Below are positions 58,401-64,000 of a stretch of DNA of 64,000 nucleotides, piece by piece. Source of the DNA: Opitutia bacterium. Lineage in GTDB: Bacteria > Verrucomicrobiota > Verrucomicrobiia > Opitutales > UBA953. The DNA is taken from contig BGOM01000016.1 of assembly GCA_003569245.1 (NCBI GenBank), positions 28,689 through 92,688 on the forward strand, given 5' to 3'. Within the stretch, counting starts at the first letter, position 1. Each line of letters starts with the position of its first letter. The notes below the pieces were generated by a model. The model was not told the DNA's origin. It saw only the letters and a list, made by a program, of their open reading frames with translations, and searched no databases. Position numbers and translations under genes: made by a program.

Positions 58401-59179
58401 CCGAGCGCCGTCCCGCCAAGGCCCCCGTCCGCCGCGGCGAACCGACCGCCGAGGACCTCGCCGCCCTCGACGCGACCGACTGGCCGCCCCTCGTCCGCGA
58501 GATCGCTGAGTTGCGCGACCGCATGGCCGGCATGGGCTCCGTCAACCTCGTCGCGGTCGAGGAGTATTCCTCCCTGCGCGAGCGCCATGACTTCCTCACG
58601 AAGCAGAGCGACGATCTCTGGAAGGCCAAGGAGGAGCTGACCAAGGCGATCGACGAGCTCAACCAGACCTCCCTGAAGCTCTTCACCGACACCTTCGAGC
58701 AGGTTCGCAAGAACTTCCAGTTCACCTTCGAGCGCCTGTTCGTCGGCGGCAAGGCCGACCTCCAGCTCGTGCAGGGCGAGGACGTCCTCGAGAGCGGCAT
58801 CGAGATCATCGCCCAGCCGCCCGGCACGAAGCTGCGCGGCATCTCGCTGCTCTCCGGCGGCCAGCGCACGATGACGGCGGTCGCCCTCCTGTTCGCGATC
58901 TACATGGTGAAGCCGTCCCCGCTCTGCGTCCTCGACGAGCTCGACGCCCCGCTGGACGACACCAACGTGGGCCGCTTCACGGACATCATCCGTGAGTTCA
59001 CGCGGCATTCCCAGTTCCTGGTGATCACCCACAACAAGCGCACCGTCTCGGCGGCCGACGCCATCTTCGGGGCGACCATGCAGGAGAAGGGGGTCACCCG
59101 GCTGTTCTCGATGCGTTTCAACAAGGAACGCGACGAGGCCGAGCCGACCACCCCGGGCGGTTTCACGATGGCCCGCTGA
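55427..59179 (+). CDS. smc: Chromosome partition protein Smc
   Basis: 1250 aa: '[45 protein letters not shown]', long coiled coils, a hinge, '[17 protein letters not shown]' and '[14 protein letters not shown]'. Confidence 0.95.
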   Translation: [1250 protein letters not shown]

Positions 59180-59222
59180 GGTCGCTTGCCTTGGCCCCGC
59201 CCGCCGTTAGGCTGGCAGGGTC

Positions 59223-60323
59223 ATGAGCCGCCTCCTCGCCTACATCGCCCTCCTCCCGGCGCTGCTGACCGCCGGCGTGTCCTTCGAGTCCGACCCCCGT
59301 CCGGTCAATCGCGCCGTCCCCGGCGCGAGCTATGCCGACATGCTCACGCGCATCATGCCGGCCGTGGTCAGCATCCGCACCGCCCAGGTCATCCCGCCTG
59401 ACGTCCTGCGCCGGCTGCGCGGGCGCATCGACCCCAGCGACGTGCAGGTCGACCGCAAGACGGGCGAGGTCATGGTGCCGGCCGGCCTGGGTTCGGGCAC
59501 GATCATCCACCCCGAAGGCTACGTGATCACCAACCGCCATGTCGTCACCTTGCCCAACAACCAGACGGCCGAGACCGTCTTCGTGAAGCTGAACGACCGC
59601 CGCGAGTTCCGGGCCAAGGTGCTCGGGGTCGACCCGAAGACGGACATCGCCGTGCTCAAGGTCGAGGAGCGGAACCTTCCTTACGCGCGCTTCGCCGACA
59701 GCGACAAGGTGCGCGTCGGCGACGTGGTGCTGGCCATCGGCAACCCGCTCGGCGTCGGCATGACGGTCACTTCCGGCATCATCTCCGCCACCGGCCGTTC
59801 CGGGATGGGGCTCGACTACGAGGACTTCCTCCAGACCGACGCCGCGATCAATCCGGGCAACAGCGGCGGGCCTTTGATCGACTTCGAGGGCCGCATCGTC
59901 GGCATGAACACGGCCATCCGCACCTCCGGCAACGGCGGGAGCATCGGCATCGGTTTCTCCATCCCCGCCAACCTCATGGTCGGCGTCGCGGTCGACCTGG
60001 CGAACACGGGCAAGGTGGTGCGCGGCCTGATCGGCGTCTTCGGTGAGGATCTCGCGGCCGACGAGGCCGCTAAACTCAACCTGAACCGGAACGGGGCGGT
60101 CCGCGTCACCGAGGTAAGCGACGGCCTGCCGGCGGCCAAGGCCGGCCTGCGGGTCGGGGACATCATCGTGGCGCTCGACGGCCGGCCGTTCGACGGCTGG
60201 ACCGACCTCCGCGTCGCCATCTCCCGGCGTAAGCCCGGCGAGACCCTCACGCTGAGCTATGTCCGCGAAGGGCGCGGCTCCCTGGCCCGGGTCATCGTCG
60301 CGGCCCGCCCCGCGGGCAGCTGA
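59223..60323 (+). CDS. HtrA/DegP-family periplasmic serine protease with one PDZ domain
   Basis: 366 aa. Signal peptide, then 'VITNRHVV' (His), 'DIAVLKV' (Asp), 'TDAAINPGNSGGPL' (Ser). The PDZ domain is '...GLRVGDIIVALDG'. Confidence 0.88.
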   Translation: MSRLLAYIALLPALLTAGVSFESDPRPVNRAVPGASYADMLTRIMPAVVSIRTAQVIPPDVLRRLRGRIDPSDVQVDRKTGEVMVPAGLGSGTIIHPEGYVITNRHVVTLPNNQTAETVFVKLNDRREFRAKVLGVDPKTDIAVLKVEERNLPYARFADSDKVRVGDVVLAIGNPLGVGMTVTSGIISATGRSGMGLDYEDFLQTDAAINPGNSGGPLIDFEGRIVGMNTAIRTSGNGGSIGIGFSIPANLMVGVAVDLANTGKVVRGLIGVFGEDLAADEAAKLNLNRNGAVRVTEVSDGLPAAKAGLRVGDIIVALDGRPFDGWTDLRVAISRRKPGETLTLSYVREGRGSLARVIVAARPAGS

Positions 60324-60325
60324 CC

Positions 60326-61096
60326 GTGCGTTCGCTCCGGACCATCCGCGACCTCACCGGGGGTCGTTTACCGCCGCTGACTCGCCGGGCCTTGGTCGCC
60401 GGCTTGGTCGTCTTCCTGGCCGTGTTGGTGCTGGTCCGCCCGACTGACGGCGGCTTACCTGCGGTCGAACCGCTCCGCTCGGGCGTTCGCTGGGTAGCCA
60501 AGGGTGATGGTACGACAGAGGCGGCGGTATTGCTCGACCCCTCGGTGGCCTACATGCCGGCCCGCCTGATCAGTGCTCCCGAGGCCACGATGGTCGGACC
60601 TAAGCCGAGCGAGGAAACCCCTTTTGCCCGGCTGGACCGGAGATTGCTCAGTGACCCGATGAAGGGGGACGAGCCCCCGCTGAAGACGACGGACCCCTCC
60701 TCGCCTTTGGTGGCCTCCGCGGTCCCCCTTGCCCAGGCCGAACCCTTTACGACCTTCGGCAGAGCCAATTTGACCCAATCTGGCCTCCCTCCCCGTCATG
60801 GAAGCTTTGAAGTTTTCGACCTTAATGGGGGGTCAAAGCCTTCCATTAGTGGGATTTTGCCCCCTTTAGGGTTTAAAAAGGTCGAATCAGTCGACAAAAA
60901 CAAGGAAAACAACCCACTAGTTGCCTTTTTTGAGGCAACCATCGGGGTTGATTCATTCGGGCTGCAGGGTGCGCCTGCCTTGGTTAGGTCCACCGGCGAT
61001 AAGGCGGTCGACCGAGGGATTTTAACTTGGGCGGCCGGGGTTCCTTGGGCCAGGCATTTGCCCCCCGGATCGTACCGGCTCACGGTCGTCCCCTGA
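60326..61096 (+). CDS. Membrane-anchored protein with a Pro-rich linker and a TonB-C-like terminal domain (tentative)
   Basis: 256 aa from GTG 60326. TM 'ALVAGLVVFLAVLVLV'. The C-terminal 'FFEATIGVDSFGLQGAPALVRSTGDKAVDRGILTWAAGVPW' resembles the TonB_C pattern. The 3' third of the gene is visibly lower in GC. Confidence 0.45.
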   Translation: MRSLRTIRDLTGGRLPPLTRRALVAGLVVFLAVLVLVRPTDGGLPAVEPLRSGVRWVAKGDGTTEAAVLLDPSVAYMPARLISAPEATMVGPKPSEETPFARLDRRLLSDPMKGDEPPLKTTDPSSPLVASAVPLAQAEPFTTFGRANLTQSGLPPRHGSFEVFDLNGGSKPSISGILPPLGFKKVESVDKNKENNPLVAFFEATIGVDSFGLQGAPALVRSTGDKAVDRGILTWAAGVPWARHLPPGSYRLTVVP

Positions 61097-61201
61097 GGGC
61101 ACCAGACGGGTTGTAAAAGGCTTGGAAATATCCGCTTGACGGGGGGGGTGGGCGTGGTCATTCAAACCCTTCCCTCCGCGTCCCAAGCACGTGGCCGGGA
61201 T

Positions 61202-61277
61202 GCCCCTGTAGCTCAGTTGGCAGAGCGCGTCCTTGGTAAGGACGAGGTCGCTGGTTCAAATCCAGTCGGGGGCTCCA
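61202..61277 (+). tRNA. tRNA-Thr (anticodon GGT), CCA encoded
   Basis: Manual cloverleaf: acceptor GCCCCTG/CGGGGGC, D arm GCTC-AGTTGGCA-GAGC, anticodon arm CGTCC-TTGGTAA-GGACG, T arm GCTGG-TTCAAAT-CCAGT, discriminator T, then CCA. Confidence 0.9.
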
Positions 61278-61325
61278 CCACTTTCCTTTCCACACACCAA
61301 CCAACCACCTCCCACCACCAAAACC

Positions 61326-62513
61326 ATGGCCAAAGAGAAGTTCAACCGCACCAAGCCCCACGTCAACGTCGGTACCATCGGTCACATCGACCATGGCAAG
61401 TCGACCACGACCGCCGCGATCGTCGCCGTCCAGGCTCGCAAGGGTCTCGCCGAGACCAAGTCGTACGCCGAAATCACCAAGGGCGGCACCGTCCGTGACG
61501 CCACCAAGACCGTGACCATCGCCGCCTCGCACGTCGAGTACGAGTCCGTCAACCGCCACTACGCCCACGTCGACTGCCCGGGCCACGCCGACTTCGTCAA
61601 GAACATGATCACCGGCGCCGCCCAGATGGACGGTGCGATCCTCGTCGTCTCCGCCGCCGACGGCGTCATGCCCCAGACCAAGGAGCACATCCTCCTCGCC
61701 CGCCAGGTCGGCGTGCCGAAGATCGTCGTCTGGCTCAACAAGGTCGACCTCTCCGAGCCCGACCTGATCGACCTCGTCGAGATGGAAGTCCGCGACCTCC
61801 TCAACAAGTACCAGTACGACGGCGACAACGCCAAGATCGTCCGTGGCTCCGCCACCGCCGCCCTCGAGGCCAAGCCGGAAGGCGAGCAGGCCATCCAGAA
61901 CCTCCTGGACGCTCTCGACGCCGAGATCCCTGAGCCGAAGCGCGAGACCGACAAGCCCTTCATGATGTCCGTCGAAGACGTCTTCTCCATCACCGGTCGC
62001 GGCACCGTCGCCACCGGCCGCATCGAGCGCGGCGTCATCAAGGTCGGCGAAGAAATCGAGATCGTCGGCCTCCGCGACACCCTCAAGACCACCGTCACCG
62101 GCGTCGAGATGTTCCGCAAGGAGCTCGACCAGGGCCAGGCGGGCGACAACGTCGGCCTCCTCGTGCGCGGCATCGAGAAGAACCAGATCGAGCGCGGCCA
62201 GGTCCTCGCCAAGCCGGGCAGCATCAAGCCCCACACCGTCGCCAAGGCGCAGATCTACGTCCTCAAGGCCGACGAAGGTGGTCGCCACACGTCCTTCACC
62301 AACAACTATCGCCCGCAGTTCTTCTTCGGCACCTGCGACGCGACCGGCACCGTCATCCTCCCGGAAGGCGTGGAAATGGTGATGCCCGGCGACAACGTCA
62401 CGATCACGATCGAGCTCCAGAAGCCCGTCGCGATGGAGAAGGGCCAGCGCTTCGCCCTCCGCGAAGGTGGCAAGACCATCGGCGCCGGCCAAATCCTCGA
62501 GATCACCAAGTGA
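61326..62513 (+). CDS. tuf: Elongation factor Tu
   Basis: 395 aa from ATG 61326: [32 protein letters not shown], 'DCPGHADF', 'NKVDL'. Confidence 0.97.
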   Translation: MAKEKFNRTKPHVNVGTIGHIDHGKSTTTAAIVAVQARKGLAETKSYAEITKGGTVRDATKTVTIAASHVEYESVNRHYAHVDCPGHADFVKNMITGAAQMDGAILVVSAADGVMPQTKEHILLARQVGVPKIVVWLNKVDLSEPDLIDLVEMEVRDLLNKYQYDGDNAKIVRGSATAALEAKPEGEQAIQNLLDALDAEIPEPKRETDKPFMMSVEDVFSITGRGTVATGRIERGVIKVGEEIEIVGLRDTLKTTVTGVEMFRKELDQGQAGDNVGLLVRGIEKNQIERGQVLAKPGSIKPHTVAKAQIYVLKADEGGRHTSFTNNYRPQFFFGTCDATGTVILPEGVEMVMPGDNVTITIELQKPVAMEKGQRFALREGGKTIGAGQILEITK

Positions 62514-62538
62514 TTCCGCGCCGCAAGGCCTGATTCAT

Positions 62539-62572
62539 GATGCCGCGGCCCCCGAAAAAGGGGCCCGGCATC
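62539..62572 (+). terminator. Hairpin after tuf (possible attenuator/terminator before tRNA-Trp)
   Basis: GATGCCGCGGCCCC-GAAAAA-GGGGCCCGGCATC (one bulge), followed by GGTCTCTTT (weak U-tract). Confidence 0.4.
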
Positions 62573-62595
62573 GGTCTCTTTAAAAACCAACACAC

Positions 62596-62671
62596 AGGAC
62601 GGTAGCTCAATTGGCAGAGTAGCGGTCTCCAAAACCGTTGGTTGTGGGTTCGACTCCCACCCGTCCTGCCA
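62596..62671 (+). tRNA. tRNA-Trp (anticodon CCA), CCA encoded
   Basis: Manual cloverleaf: acceptor AGGACGG/CCGTCCT, anticodon arm GCGGT-CTCCAAA-ACCGT, T arm GTGGG-TTCGACT-CCCAC, discriminator G, then CCA. Confidence 0.9.
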
Positions 62672-62697
62672 CCTTCACCCTCGATCACCACCACCAC

Positions 62698-62904
62698 ATG
62701 TTCAGCTTCCTCGGACGCCTGCGCCAATTCTGGAACGAGACCATCACCGAGGTCTTCGTGAAGGCTTCGTGGCCGACGCTCAAGGAGCTGGCGGACTCCA
62801 CCCTGGTCGTGATCGTCGTCGTCGCCCTCCTGGGCGCCGTCGTCTTCCTCTGCGATTTCTCGCTCTCCAACTTCGTCCAGTTCGCGACCCATCTGGTCCG
62901 CTGA
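62698..62904 (+). CDS. secE: Preprotein translocase subunit SecE (single-TM form)
   Basis: 68 aa from ATG 62698: '...FWNETITEVFVKASWPTLKEL..ST.VVIVVVALLGAVVF'. In the conserved position between tRNA-Trp and nusG. Confidence 0.88.
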   Translation: MFSFLGRLRQFWNETITEVFVKASWPTLKELADSTLVVIVVVALLGAVVFLCDFSLSNFVQFATHLVR

Positions 62905-62911
62905 ACCTCCC

Positions 62912-63484
62912 ATGTCCAACTCCCCCTCCGATTACCGCTGGTACACGCTCCAGACCCTCTCGAACAACGAGAGCAAGGCGAAGCGTCTCCTCGAAAAAGC
63001 CATCAAGGACGAGGAGATGGGCGACTACGTCGCCGAGATCCTCATGCCGGTGAAGACCGTCAAGGAGTTCCGCAACGGCAAGAAGCGCGAGAGCGAGATG
63101 AAGCTGTACCCCTCGTACCTCTTCGTCCGGGCCCGCTTCTTCGACGAGGACGGCAACCTGCTCGAGGCCCCTTGGAACCTCCTCCGCGGCATCGACGGCG
63201 TCATCGGCCTGATCGGCGGCCAGACCCCCGTCCCGCTGCGCGAGGACGAGATCCGCACCATCCAGCAGCAGATGGCCGACGCGGCCGACAAGGTCGTGCC
63301 GAAGATCGAGTACAACCTCGGCGAACGCGTCAAGATCACCGACGGTCCCTTCGCCAACCTCGCCGGTAACATCGACAAGATCGAGCCCGACCGCGGCATG
63401 CTCCAGGTCTCCGTCGACATCTTCGGCCGTTCCACCCCGGTCGAGCTCCAGTTCTGGCAGGTCGAGCGCGACGATCGCGACTGA
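62912..63484 (+). CDS. nusG: Transcription termination/antitermination factor NusG
   Basis: 190 aa: 'WYTLQT.SN.E.KAK..L', and a KOW region 'GERVKITDGPFANLAGNIDKIEPDRGMLQVSVDIFGRSTPVEL'. Confidence 0.95.
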   Translation: MSNSPSDYRWYTLQTLSNNESKAKRLLEKAIKDEEMGDYVAEILMPVKTVKEFRNGKKRESEMKLYPSYLFVRARFFDEDGNLLEAPWNLLRGIDGVIGLIGGQTPVPLREDEIRTIQQQMADAADKVVPKIEYNLGERVKITDGPFANLAGNIDKIEPDRGMLQVSVDIFGRSTPVELQFWQVERDDRD

Positions 63485-63520
63485 TCCCTTTTCCACTCCT
63501 AACTTCCAAACTACACCACC

Positions 63521-63946
63521 ATGGCCAAGAAAGTCGTCGGCGAAATCAGGCTCCAGCTCCCCGCGGGCGCCGCTAACCCTGCTCCTCCCGTCGGCCCCGC
63601 GCTCGGCGCGAAGGGCGTGAACATCATGGCGTTCTGTAAGGAGTTCAACGCCAAGACCAAGGACCAGGCCGGCATGATCCTCCCGGTCATCATCTCCGTC
63701 TACCAGGACAAGTCCTTCACCTTCGTCCTCAAGTCCCCGCCCGCCTCCGTCCTCCTCAAGAAGGCCGCGAAGATCGAGTCCGGCTCCAAGGTGCCGAACC
63801 GCGACAAGGTCGGCAAGGTCACCAAGAAGCAGCTCCTCGAGATCGTCGAGCTGAAGAAGAAGGACCTGAACGCCATCAACCCTGACAACGCCGCGCGCAT
63901 GATCGCCGGCACCGCCCGTTCCATGGGCATCGAGGTCGTCGGCTGA
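63521..63946 (+). CDS. rplK: 50S ribosomal protein L11
   Basis: 141 aa: [44 protein letters not shown]. Confidence 0.97.
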   Translation: MAKKVVGEIRLQLPAGAANPAPPVGPALGAKGVNIMAFCKEFNAKTKDQAGMILPVIISVYQDKSFTFVLKSPPASVLLKKAAKIESGSKVPNRDKVGKVTKKQLLEIVELKKKDLNAINPDNAARMIAGTARSMGIEVVG

Positions 63947-64000
63947 TTTTCACCCAACCCCAAACCCACCCAACCACTGCATCCCGCAGGAGACCAAAAG

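Noticed and set aside
55418-59032. 1204-aa ORF antisense to smc. Similar giants are 40256..43111 (antisense to hrpB), 18766..21300 (antisense to fusA), 7485..12368 (antisense to the UvrA fusion), 2754..5168, 5102..7432, 52773..54821, 36771..38369, 34895..36661, 27274..29238 and 22375..24297
   Set aside because: Their translations are Ala/Gly/Arg/Asp/Val/Leu-rich low-complexity strings with no motifs. The opposite strand encodes unmistakable conserved proteins. Stop-free antisense or off-frame ORFs are expected in high-GC DNA.
61097-61201. Sigma-70-type promoter guesses: TTGACG-N17-CATTCA upstream of tRNA-Thr, and TTGCAT-N16-TATGCC at ~17912..17939 upstream of rpsL
   Set aside because: The -10 hexamers are poor matches and the promoter consensus for this lineage is unknown to me. 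They are not supportable as features without TSS data.
61202-62671. tRNA-Thr and tRNA-Trp as possible integration sites for mobile elements
   Set aside because: There is no integrase, no direct repeat of the tRNA 3' end and no foreign gene block nearby. The flanking genes (tuf, secE, nusG) are the classical conserved neighbours.

Overview
High-GC bacterial chromosomal segment, core genome rather than an accessory island. The fused str/S10/spc/alpha layout, the separate tRNA-Thr-tuf-tRNA-Trp-secE-nusG-rplK block, a type III glutamine synthetase and low-complexity extensions on ribosomal proteins suggest a PVC/Verrucomicrobia-like (Opitutales-like) organism; this is inference only. Coordinates include stop codons, and several starts were moved inward from the ORF track to the canonical N-terminus. 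Layout: (a) 1-17.8 kb is one long minus-strand array: partial HhH gene, nnr, acpS, pdxJ, two tandem transglutaminase-like membrane-anchored paralogues, a 1838-aa tandem-fused double UvrA, 5-formyl-THF cyclo-ligase, ctaB, ctaA, sufE and a secreted TPR-like protein. (b) 17.97-36.5 kb is the ribosomal super-operon rpsL-rpsG-fusA-rpsJ...rplQ, with secY, map and rpoA. (c) 36.5-45.6 kb holds a small zinc-ribbon membrane protein, guaA, a dnaX-phosphoesterase-hrpB-glycosidase-exonuclease operon and mdh. (d) 45.6-52.6 kb holds a polytopic membrane fusion protein, a GT32-like glycosyltransferase, an exported DUF362-like protein, a frameshifted MFS transporter, a HemY-type oxidase and a DUF481-like barrel. 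(e) 52.7-64 kb holds glnN (GSIII) with a sigma-54 promoter, rpsU, smc, an HtrA protease, a TonB-C-like protein, tRNA-Thr, tuf, tRNA-Trp, secE, nusG and rplK. I saw no CRISPR array, transposase, integrase or recognisable defence or mobile element. The most interesting signals are: an A9 run followed by an out-of-frame TAA inside dnaX (candidate programmed slippage giving a gamma-like product); the covalently duplicated UvrA; an exported non-ribosomal ORF wedged between rpsS and rplV; a catalytic/pseudo-catalytic transglutaminase-like gene pair; near-universal SD-less, G-depleted CACC-ATG start contexts; and a SecY with an extra C-terminal hydrophobic segment. Many long antisense or off-frame ORFs in the track are high-GC artefacts and were rejected.
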